Assembly (NCBI GenBank): GCA_028276785.1 | Contig: JAPYVP010000005.1 | Coordinates: 1-32,000, forward strand | DNA: 32,000 nt | Source: Candidatus Nanopusillus sp. | Lineage (GTDB): Archaea > Nanobdellota > Nanobdellia > Nanobdellales > Nanobdellaceae | Direction: 5' to 3' | Notes under the pieces: generated by a model | The model's database searches: none | What the model saw: only the letters and a program-made list of their open reading frames with translations | Told to the model about the DNA's origin: nothing | Made by a program: the position numbers and the translations under genes | Shown here: piece by piece, positions 1 through 7,758 of the stretch | How the letters are laid out: the number at the start of each line of letters is the position of its first letter | Position numbering within the stretch: the first letter of the stretch is position 1

Positions 1-2986
1 TATTTTGGTTAATTATACCCTTATTATGTACATATATACACCTATTTATTATTGTTCCATTAATATTTAAGGTTTCATCCAATGGTTCTTGACCAAAGTA
101 AAGTAGACTGCTATTTGTTGCAAATATATAATATCCATTATAATATACTGATGGTATTGCTGGTCCTGGATTTTCTGATGTTCCAGATACAAACAGAGAT
201 ATCCAAGATTCTTTGTCATAGCTTTCATTTGATCCTAAAAATTGAAATGCAAAAGATTTTCCTATATCTGTAGGATCTATGTATAAGTATGCGGGTTTTA
301 AATAATTCATTTTATATAATTTTTCTAGTAATTCTATATTTCTTTGGGATAAATTATATGATGAAATAGATTCAGAAGAACCATTAAATTGACATAATAG
401 ATTTATCCAATTTTTATATCCCAAAGAATCTTTTAATTTTTTAATTTCATTTACCTCACTTTCATTAAATCCTAAATATCTATACAGATAATCATAAAAT
501 ATAGAGTTTTCATTGAATAATTCTAATGTTTTAAATGTTTGATAATTATAATTTGCATGTACATAAAATAATTCTAATGTTTGTGTTATATTTTCTGAAG
601 ACAATCCATATCTACCCATTAAATGATTCCAGTATGGGTAAGAATTTGCACCATTTATCCAGGCAGTTCTATTTCCTATTACATAAATATAATATCCATA
701 ATCCCACCAAGAATTTATAATGGAGTTTGGTGGTGTATTTTGATTTATCCATAAGAAAGTATTTATTAAATAGTCTGGAGTTCCGTATGAAGCGGCACTT
801 GAAAAATAGTTAATCACATATCCAGGATATCCGTAAATTCTATTATTTGTAGAAAATAAAGCACCAAATATTGTAAATAAGATTAAACTATATTTAAATA
901 AATTAAATAAATCTAAATATATATTTAATATATATTCATATAGAATATATACTGCTAAAAATACTAATGGAATTAAGAATAAAAATATTTTTGTTGATAT
1001 AAATAGGGATATTCCAGAAATAGATGAAATTAATAATAATATTAATATTAAATTTTCTTTTATAATATTTTTTAATCTAGAAAACTCATCCCTAAATAAA
1101 TTGAATATTTCTATACCGAGTATATATAATAATGGGAGAGCAAGACCGGTGTAAAAGACCAATCTATATGTATATTTTCCTAAAAGAAGAGCTATAAGCG
1201 ATAGTAATAATATAAAGATTTCTTTATCGCTTAGATTTCTATTAAATAATGAAATGTAAATTAATAAAATTAAAAAAGCAATCCAGGATATAAATATATT
1301 TATAAATATACCATTAATTACCAAATCTGAAAATATTATAAATTGAAGTGCAATTGATAATGTCGATACTTCAAAAATTGTCTTTATTAAATCATATTTA
1401 TTACTTTCTCTATTGTATGATATTATAAATACAGAATATATTAGTAAATAGAATATTAAAATGTATATTGAAGGGCTAATAAGAAGTTCTGATATGGCTA
1501 ATATAAATATAAATAAGAATTGGGAAATTAAAAGATTTTTAGATTTAGTTCTGTCAAATATTAAATATCCTAAACCTAAGTAAGTTAATACTAAGCCTAG
1601 CTGTCCAAATAAACTTAGATAATATCCTGCAGTAGTTGGTTGGAATTCTGCAACTGTGGAACCAATTCTTTCATAGGTAAATGGGTTATACAAGAAGGAT
1701 ATAGCCAATTTGTTAATTAAAAAAGGTAATGATATAGCAAGAATTATTAGAAATATTATATATTTTTTTAGTAATTTGTTGTTTTTGATATACTTTCTTA
1801 TAATGTATATTAATATTCCTGGAATTATTCCGGATAAAATAGATAATATCAGTAGATATGTTTTATTTTCAGTAATTATTTCCAATATCTTATTATCTTT
1901 AAATATTTCATATAAAAATAATACAAGCATTGAAAGTTCTATAAATAAATTCTCATAACTTAAAAATAAATCGATTCCTAAAGATCCAGGTACTATTAAT
2001 TCGTCTAATATTCCAGTAAATCCTATATATGGTAGGTAGAAGTATATATCTTTATAATCTCTATCATAAAAGTATCTAACCAACAATATTAAACCAAAAA
2101 CAATTGGTATTATTATCCAACCACCCCAACCTTTCCTAGCTAATGCGGTAGTAAATATTAATAATGTTAGATAATAGGCTCTTGATCCTTTAAATATTGG
2201 ATATAATAATAAGAGGATAAAGAAAAATATAAATAATTCAACTGTTAAATATACATCGGAATTTGGTAATAAAGACGTTTTATAAAATATTATTAAGCTA
2301 ATAATAGAATAAAGAATTAAGAATAACTTTTTGTATGTATTATTTTCAGGTTTTGCATTAAGATATTTAATTATAAGGTAGAAAGATAGTACTAAAAAAA
2401 TAATTGCACCTAATTCAGTATCAAATAAAATCAGTCTAGTTGTCAAGAATGGATTTATAGCAAGAATCATAGAAGAAAAAAATGCTAAATATCTATCTTC
2501 AAATATATTTTTTGCTAAAAAATAAAATATAATTGAGGTGATTGCAGGTACATATGCGTTGGTAAAGTTTGCTGATAGCCATAATATATTATTGGATGCT
2601 GGGTATATCTGTAAAATATTTAATAATGCAATAATCTGACTGCCAAAATTTTGAAACATTAAATAAGATAAAAATGCCAAATAAGATACAAGATTTTTAT
2701 TGTACAAATAAAATGGTAGTGGATAATATAAATCATAGGTAATACTATTTAATGTATGATTAAATACTAAGGATTCGAAATATTTAAACATCAAATATGC
2801 ATCAGGCCCTACCAAAGAATAATCTCCCAAGAAATTAATTAATAAACCTCTTGATCCTAAAGCAAATAAAAATATAAATATAATTATTAATATGTCTATA
2901 AACATATTCTTTGATAATATTTTTTTGAATCCATTAACTTTGGTTTCTTGATGATTATTATTTAAATTAGAATTTTCAGATGTCAT
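1..2986 (-). CDS. aglB: Archaeal oligosaccharyltransferase AglB (STT3 family), partial; C-terminus lies beyond the window edge
   Basis: Missing from the ORF track because it has no stop in the window. I checked every minus-strand triplet in the frame of the ATG at 2986-2984 and found no stop down to position 2 (995 codons). Translation starts MTSENSNLNNNHQETKVNGFKKILSKNMFIDILIIIFIFLFALGSRGLLINFLGDYSLVGPDAYLMFKY. It contains RLILFDTELGAIIF (STT3 D-x-E type motif, residue ~189) and GSTVAEFQPTTAG (SVSE/TIXE-like loop motif, ~1640-1660). SWWDYGYY at 691-712 is in the same frame and carries the WWDYG catalytic signature. The N-terminal region is highly hydrophobic and multi-pass. Confidence 0.9.
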   Translation of the reverse strand, partial: MTSENSNLNNNHQETKVNGFKKILSKNMFIDILIIIFIFLFALGSRGLLINFLGDYSLVGPDAYLMFKYFESLVFNHTLNSITYDLYYPLPFYLYNKNLVSYLAFLSYLMFQNFGSQIIALLNILQIYPASNNILWLSANFTNAYVPAITSIIFYFLAKNIFEDRYLAFFSSMILAINPFLTTRLILFDTELGAIIFLVLSFYLIIKYLNAKPENNTYKKLFLILYSIISLIIFYKTSLLPNSDVYLTVELFIFFFILLLLYPIFKGSRAYYLTLLIFTTALARKGWGGWIIIPIVFGLILLVRYFYDRDYKDIYFYLPYIGFTGILDELIVPGSLGIDLFLSYENLFIELSMLVLFLYEIFKDNKILEIITENKTYLLILSILSGIIPGILIYIIRKYIKNNKLLKKYIIFLIILAISLPFLINKLAISFLYNPFTYERIGSTVAEFQPTTAGYYLSLFGQLGLVLTYLGLGYLIFDRTKSKNLLISQFLFIFILAISELLISPSIYILIFYLLIYSVFIISYNRESNKYDLIKTIFEVSTLSIALQFIIFSDLVINGIFINIFISWIAFLILLIYISLFNRNLSDKEIFILLLSLIALLLGKYTYRLVFYTGLALPLLYILGIEIFNLFRDEFSRLKNIIKENLILILLLISSISGISLFISTKIFLFLIPLVFLAVYILYEYILNIYLDLFNLFKYSLILFTIFGALFSTNNRIYGYPGYVINYFSSAASYGTPDYLINTFLWINQNTPPNSIINSWWDYGYYIYVIGNRTAWINGANSYPYWNHLMGRYGLSSENITQTLELFYVHANYNYQTFKTLELFNENSIFYDYLYRYLGFNESEVNEIKKLKDSLGYKNWINLLCQFNGSSESISSYNLSQRNIELLEKLYKMNYLKPAYLYIDPTDIGKSFAFQFLGSNESYDKESWISLFVSGTSENPGPAIPSVYYNGYYIFATNSSLLYFGQEPLDETLNINGTIINRCIYVHNKGIINQN

Positions 2987-3038
2987 TTTTACATATTTTA
3001 ATAAAAGATTTAAAAATTATTTTACAATTACTTACAAT

Positions 3039-3332
3039 ATGCCTAGAAAAGTTGTATCAAAAGTGGGTGAAGAAGGTATAAGAAATGCTGAAGAAAATAT
3101 TGTAAAAGAAAATATTGTAACATGGACTAAAGGATATAAAGCAGAAGTATTAGATATTGTTGGAAGAACTGGTATGAGAGGTGAAGCTACGCATGTTATT
3201 GTAAGAGTACTTGAAGGTCCGGATTCTGGAAAAATTCTCAGAAGAAATGTAATAGGACCTATTAGAAAGGGAGATACAATATTATTAAGGGAGACAGAGA
3301 TATCGGCTATGCCAATTGAAAAGAAAGATTAA
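3039..3332 (+). CDS. rps28e: 30S ribosomal protein S28e (eS28) with an N-terminal extension
   Basis: AEVLDIVGRTGMRGEATHVIVRVLEGPDSGKILRRNVIGPIRKGDTILLRETE matches the conserved S28e core. It sits in the conserved archaeal S28e-L24e-NDK order. Confidence 0.9.
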   Translation: MPRKVVSKVGEEGIRNAEENIVKENIVTWTKGYKAEVLDIVGRTGMRGEATHVIVRVLEGPDSGKILRRNVIGPIRKGDTILLRETEISAMPIEKKD

Positions 3333-3334
3333 TT

Positions 3335-3514
3335 ATGGTCGTTAAAAACAAGTGTTCATATTGTGGAAGTGAAATAGAGCCAGGTACTGGGATAATATAT
3401 GCTTTAAATAGTGGTGTTGTTTTATATTTCTGTTCAAGGAAGTGCATTAGAAATTGGGAAATGAAAAGGGATAATAAAAAACTAAAATGGACAACTTTTT
3501 ATAATAAAACATGA
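3335..3514 (+). CDS. rpl24e: 50S ribosomal protein L24e (eL24)
   Basis: Hand-translated 59-aa ORF, below the ORF-track size cutoff: MVVKNKCSYCGSEIEPGTGIIYALNSGVVLYFCSRKCIRNWEMKRDNKKLKWTTFYNKT. It has the C-x2-C...C-x3-C zinc-ribbon pattern and the GTG..Y motif typical of L24e. Its TGA stop (3512-3514) overlaps the ndk ATG (3511). Confidence 0.85.
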   Translation: MVVKNKCSYCGSEIEPGTGIIYALNSGVVLYFCSRKCIRNWEMKRDNKKLKWTTFYNKT

Positions 3515-4104
3515 ATGGAAGACATTTAATACAAAAGACATTGGTAGTATTAAAACCAGATAGTGTTAAAAGAGGAATTATTGGGGAAATAATATCTAGA
3601 TTTGAAAGGGCCGGTTTAAAAATTGTTGGATTAAAAATGATAAAATTAACTAGAGAACAGGCAGAAAAATTTTATTATGCAGATGAAAAATGGTTAGAAA
3701 GTGTTGGAAATAAGACAATAACAAGATATAAAGAAGTAGGATTAGATCCTGTAAAAGAATTTGGGACTGATGATCCAAAGAAAATTGGGAGTATAATAAG
3801 AGGATGGTTGATAGATTTTATAACATCTAGTCCAGTAGTTGCTATAGTATTGGAAGGTGTTAATTGTGTAGAAGTAGTTAGAAAATTGGTTGGACCTACG
3901 GAACCTTTAAAAGCTCCACCAGGTACTATTAGAGGTGATTATGCTCATGTTTCGATAGCTTATGCAAATTGGAATAAGATTGTTTTAAGAAATGTTGTTC
4001 ATGCATCTGAGACTGAGAAAGATGCGGAAAGAGAGATATCTATAATATTCGGGCCAGAAGAAATATATAATTATGAGAGGAATATTGAAGAAGTCATCTA
4101 TTAA
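3511..4104 (+). CDS. ndk: Nucleoside diphosphate kinase, long form with insertions
   Basis: TLVVLKPDSVKRGIIGEIISRFERAGLKIVGLKM, PGTIRGDY and the active-site region NVVHASE are classical NDK motifs. At 197 aa it is longer than the ~150-aa canonical form because of internal insertions. Confidence 0.9.
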   Translation: MNGRHLIQKTLVVLKPDSVKRGIIGEIISRFERAGLKIVGLKMIKLTREQAEKFYYADEKWLESVGNKTITRYKEVGLDPVKEFGTDDPKKIGSIIRGWLIDFITSSPVVAIVLEGVNCVEVVRKLVGPTEPLKAPPGTIRGDYAHVSIAYANWNKIVLRNVVHASETEKDAEREISIIFGPEEIYNYERNIEEVIY

Positions 4105-4735
4105 AGATAAAATTTTGATTTTTTTAATAGTATTTTCGATTGTTATGATATTAGCATCAATAATATATAGATATTTATTTCATCCAGTATATTCTCTTAA
4201 ATTACCATATGTTTATAATATTTCAGATAATGAAACTGAGATTGGGTATTATGAATTGAATTTAACAACATATGATATAATTAAGATATCAATAAATGGT
4301 GTACTTAATCCAAAAAATCTTAATTTTGATAATCCAAATATTTCTGTAGAATTTATTAATGAAGTAAACAATCATTTATTGAATAATTCTTTATATATGA
4401 AAAATTATGAGCTGTATTATAAAAAATTAAACGTAATATATCCACAATATTCGTTTATACTGTGTATAGAAGATTCTTGTGGAGCTTTTGTATTTACTAG
4501 TAAGGGAATTACAAATATACCAATTTCATATATAAGTAATATAAATAATACATTGGTAATTTATCTTTCATATCCAATATCGGAAAAGATTTTAAATTAT
4601 TTAAAATATAATAATGGAAATTTTGTAGATATAATTAAAAATGGGTTAGAAAATGGAGAAATTAAAGTATTAAATAATAATCAATTAGTTCAAAATATTC
4701 TTAACTTATATACCCTCAATATTAGTATAGAATAA
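4073..4735 (+). CDS. Hypothetical membrane-anchored, Asn-rich, probably extracellular protein
   Basis: 220-aa ORF with a basic N-terminus followed by one hydrophobic helix (KDKILIFLIVFSIVMILASIIY). The rest is Asn/Tyr/Ile-rich with many N-x-S/T sequons. I recognise no family. The start overlaps the ndk 3' end by 32 nt. Confidence 0.5.
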   Translation: MRGILKKSSIKDKILIFLIVFSIVMILASIIYRYLFHPVYSLKLPYVYNISDNETEIGYYELNLTTYDIIKISINGVLNPKNLNFDNPNISVEFINEVNNHLLNNSLYMKNYELYYKKLNVIYPQYSFILCIEDSCGAFVFTSKGITNIPISYISNINNTLVIYLSYPISEKILNYLKYNNGNFVDIIKNGLENGEIKVLNNNQLVQNILNLYTLNISIE

Positions 4736-4742
4736 AATTGAA

Positions 4743-5609
4743 TTATGTTTCAAATGGACTAATTGATTTTAATAATATGATAAACATAACTGTACCCATG
4801 GGTAATATTAATAATATGCTCATTAGCTGAATAAACTTTATATATTGAAAGTTTGTTCCAGAAATAGACCCCATTAAGGTAGTTAATATAATTACAAATA
4901 TGACCCCAACAATTATTAGCGTTATATATATCTCTAAAAATATTTGCATATTATTTGAATATTCTATTATCTTTCTTTTATATTCTTCAAATAATTTAGA
5001 TGCTTCATTATATAAATATTCTTCAAGATTTCCACCTTCAACTATTATAGATCGCATTCCATTTAATATTGAGGCCCATTTCTTTGATGGTGAATATTCC
5101 GCCTTTCTTTCTAATGCTACTGGTAATGATAATCCTACAGTATCTATTAAGTATATTATTTCAGATGCTTCTTTTTTTATTTCTGAAAATTCACTATATT
5201 TTGATAATAATTCGAATAATGCTTTTGGAGTAGCACCAGAAGAAACCAAAGATGCCATATATAGTACAGCATAATATAGGGAATTATCTATTTTTCTAGC
5301 TCTATTTTGTTTTTCTATTGAAGGATATTTCTTAAATAATAACAGAGATCCGAAGAATCCCAAAATACCGACAAGTATTCCAAATATTATCGGGAAAACC
5401 GGATTAAAAGAATTATTTACTTTTATATTATATATTAAAAGGGAAAAGAATGTTAGTATTGATAATGATATAGATATTCCTATGGAGTATATTGTAGCTT
5501 TATATATATAACTAGAAGGACTTTCTTTAGAATTAATTATTAATAAATCTTTTTCTATACCACTAAAGAATTGATCAAATATACTAGCCATATATTTAAA
5601 TATTAACAT
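4743..5609 (-). CDS. FlaJ/ArlJ/TadC-like membrane platform protein with a single T2SSF domain
   Basis: There are two N-terminal TM helices, then a cytoplasmic segment: YYAVLYMASLVSSGATPKALFELL...GLSLPVALERKAEYSPSKKWASILNGMRSIIVEGGNLEEYLYNEA. This matches my memory of the archaeal FlaJ / type II secretion F pattern (PS..., GG.L..yL). Two C-terminal TM helices follow. The true start may be the second Met (MASIFD, 5591). Confidence 0.75.
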   Translation of the reverse strand: MLIFKYMASIFDQFFSGIEKDLLIINSKESPSSYIYKATIYSIGISISLSILTFFSLLIYNIKVNNSFNPVFPIIFGILVGILGFFGSLLLFKKYPSIEKQNRARKIDNSLYYAVLYMASLVSSGATPKALFELLSKYSEFSEIKKEASEIIYLIDTVGLSLPVALERKAEYSPSKKWASILNGMRSIIVEGGNLEEYLYNEASKLFEEYKRKIIEYSNNMQIFLEIYITLIIVGVIFVIILTTLMGSISGTNFQYIKFIQLMSILLILPMGTVMFIILLKSISPFET

Positions 5610-5626
5610 CCAAAATTAAAAGTATA
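5592..5626. promoter_or_regulatory. Candidate compact bidirectional promoter between the two FlaJ/TadC-like genes
   Basis: TATATTTAAATATT (5591-5604) lies ~25-30 nt upstream of the plus-strand ATG at 5627. On the other strand, TTTTAATTTTG (reverse complement of 5611-5621) lies ~25 nt upstream of the alternative minus-strand start at 5591. TATA-like strings are common in this AT-rich DNA, so support is weak. Confidence 0.3.
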
Positions 5627-6883
5627 ATGATAGCTAATAAATATAATAGGAGAATAAATCAAAAAGGATTAATTGAAAGATTTATAGATCAATTTTTCAA
5701 TATAAGGGATCCATTACACTATAAGGAAATAAATGTTTTTGGTTCATATATTAAGGAAGATAAGTTTGTATTATATATATCTATACTATTTGCGATAATT
5801 ATTGGAATATTTGGATTAATATTTAAGTTACATGAAAATTACATAACATTTTCAATTTTAATATTAGTTATATATTTTGTAGGAGGAGTTCCATATCTGT
5901 TTTATAAGTATATTGAAAGTAAAATATATGAAAATATATATAATAATTATACATACTTTTTATCTTATTTATCTGAAAGTTTGGCATCTGGAATGACATT
6001 ATTAGATGCTTTATCGTATTTATCAGCAGTAGATCTGGGATATTTGTCCATTTTAGTTAAAAAATTATATAATTGGATTGCTTGGGGTATGCCATTTGAA
6101 AAGGCATTTACATTATTTAATATGTACTTTGAAGATCTGCCAAATATAAAGATGATTAATTATGTAATATTAGAAACATATAAAGGTGGAGGAGATATTT
6201 CAAAAGTTTTAAAAAAATTATATAATGATTTAGAGTCTATAAAAGAATTAGATGGACTAAAGAAGGCATATGTATCACAACAAATATTAGTTTTGTATGC
6301 TATATTTGTTATATTTATAGGATTATCTATTTCTATATTAAATACAATTAAACCATTGATAGTAAGCCAAATTTCAGCTTCTACTGTTCAAACATCTTTT
6401 AATTTCTTTTCTTCTTCAATAGATTATCCTTGGTTAAAATTTATTACAGCTTTATCAATAATTTTAGTAGGGATTTCATCATCAATTGTAATGGGTATTG
6501 CTGAAAGCGGAAAAATAAGATCTTCTGTAAAACATTTAGCAATAAATAATTTAATAGGACTGTTGTCCATAATAATATTTGTTTTACCATCTTTTGTATC
6601 ATTTAATTTGCAAGTTTTTCCGACAAATGCTTATATATACACCCCAATAAATATACAAATATATGGATATATTGATGCACAACCAATAACAAATGCTCCA
6701 TTAGCAATATATGTAATAAATTCAACTGGAGACTATGTTTATCAAAATTTTCAAATATTACAGAATGGATACTATTCTCAGTCTATTACTTTAAATAATA
6801 CCGGTACATATATTATAGAAGCTATATTGGATTATAATGGTAAAAAATACGTACAAAAGCAGAGCATTAATGTAACAATATGA
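5627..6883 (+). CDS. Second FlaJ/TadC-like single-T2SSF-domain membrane protein with a C-terminal extracellular beta-sandwich-like tail
   Basis: Two TM helices are followed by LSESLASGMTLLDALSYLSAVDLGYLS...GMPFEKAF...ILETYKGGGDISKVLKKLYNDLE, which fits the T2SSF pattern, and then three TM helices. The last ~92 aa read IYGYIDAQPITNAPLAIYVINSTGDYVYQNFQILQNGYYSQSITLNNTGTYIIEAILDYNGKKY. This resembles carboxypeptidase-regulatory-like (transthyretin-like) domains. Confidence 0.7.
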   Translation: MIANKYNRRINQKGLIERFIDQFFNIRDPLHYKEINVFGSYIKEDKFVLYISILFAIIIGIFGLIFKLHENYITFSILILVIYFVGGVPYLFYKYIESKIYENIYNNYTYFLSYLSESLASGMTLLDALSYLSAVDLGYLSILVKKLYNWIAWGMPFEKAFTLFNMYFEDLPNIKMINYVILETYKGGGDISKVLKKLYNDLESIKELDGLKKAYVSQQILVLYAIFVIFIGLSISILNTIKPLIVSQISASTVQTSFNFFSSSIDYPWLKFITALSIILVGISSSIVMGIAESGKIRSSVKHLAINNLIGLLSIIIFVLPSFVSFNLQVFPTNAYIYTPINIQIYGYIDAQPITNAPLAIYVINSTGDYVYQNFQILQNGYYSQSITLNNTGTYIIEAILDYNGKKYVQKQSINVTI

Positions 6884-7566
6884 AGTCTCAAAGTTGGATT
6901 GAAGTATTAATTACACTTGCTGTATTTTTATACATTATAATTTATATTTATCAGAGTATAGTTAGTGGAGTAGCACAGTATTCATCTGGATTGTACAAAA
7001 TGACTGAATATCAAAAATTATATACTAGTTCATTTTATTTTTCTCAATTCTATGATCCACGGCAAGTATATAATTATTTAAATTTTTCTTTTTCATATTA
7101 TTATGCCCCAAAAGTTATATTTTTGTCTACAAATCCATATATTTGTAACAATTGCATAGAATTTTTTTATAATACTAGTTCAAATAGTATAGGAATAATA
7201 CAGAGATCTTATATAAATGTATCATCAGTTTTGCAAGTTTACATATATGGATCAACACAGAATATTAGCATAATAAATAATTCAGCATATTATAGTTGTT
7301 ATAATCATCTAAGTTCATCTTTTTTTACTGTATATACAAGAACTTATTTATATTGTAATTTTAATTTAATTGGAAACTCTAGTATTTACATAAATACAAA
7401 TGAAAAATTTTTAATTATAAATAATTATAATACTGTACTATATTTGTATAATGGAGATAAGATTGTTGGTCTTCCAAATATATTAATAAATATTTATCCG
7501 ACAGTACATTTAAATTATTTTCAATATTTTAATGGCTCTATAAATTATATATCTTTATATGGATAA
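6880..7566 (+). CDS. Hypothetical protein with a candidate class III (type IV pilin-like) signal peptide
   Basis: Its ATG overlaps the TGA of the upstream platform gene (ATGA at 6880-6883). The N-terminus is MKSQSWIEVLITLAVFLYIIIYIY. If cleaved after KS it gives Gln at +1 and Glu at +5 followed by a hydrophobic helix, the pattern of EppA-type archaeal pilins and bacterial type IV pilins. The rest is Asn/Tyr/Ser-rich with sequons. Confidence 0.5.
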   Translation: MKSQSWIEVLITLAVFLYIIIYIYQSIVSGVAQYSSGLYKMTEYQKLYTSSFYFSQFYDPRQVYNYLNFSFSYYYAPKVIFLSTNPYICNNCIEFFYNTSSNSIGIIQRSYINVSSVLQVYIYGSTQNISIINNSAYYSCYNHLSSSFFTVYTRTYLYCNFNLIGNSSIYINTNEKFLIINNYNTVLYLYNGDKIVGLPNILINIYPTVHLNYFQYFNGSINYISLYG

Positions 7567-7610
7567 TGAAAAATTTATATAAGAATCGCAAATATAAATT
7601 AAATATTGCT

Positions 7611-7684
7611 GGGCCCGTAGCTTAGTCTGGTAAAGCGTCGGGCTTTTAACCCGAAGATCGGGGGTTCGAATCCCCCCGGGCCCG
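7611..7684 (+). tRNA. tRNA-Lys (anticodon UUU), no intron, CCA not encoded
   Basis: Hand-folded cloverleaf. Acceptor GGGCCCG/CGGGCCC, D stem GCTT/AAGC, anticodon stem TCGGG/CCCGA with loop CT-TTT-AA. T arm GGGGG-TTCGAAT-CCCCC, discriminator G. Confidence 0.92.
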
Positions 7685-7726
7685 GGTTCGATTATCATAA
7701 ATGATTAAGGTTATTAGCAATCATAA

Positions 7727-7735
7727 TTTTATATA
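7727..7735 (+). promoter_or_regulatory. Candidate TATA box for the surface-protein gene, implying a leaderless mRNA
   Basis: TTTTATATA is centred ~28 nt upstream of the ATG at 7759. That spacing is expected for an archaeal leaderless transcript. Specificity is weak in AT-rich DNA. Confidence 0.3.
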
Positions 7736-7758
7736 CGACAATATTTTCTAAATATATC

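Noticed and set aside
82-1958. Plus-strand ORFs 82-273, 535-720 and 1710-1958 from the ORF track
   Set aside because: All lie antisense to the uninterrupted AglB reading frame. They have low-complexity, Leu/Ile/Phe-rich translations with no motifs. They are typical shadow ORFs of AT-rich DNA.
4900-5274. 124-aa plus-strand ORF inside the FlaJ/TadC-like gene
   Set aside because: It is antisense to a gene with a clear T2SSF domain pattern and has no recognisable features of its own.
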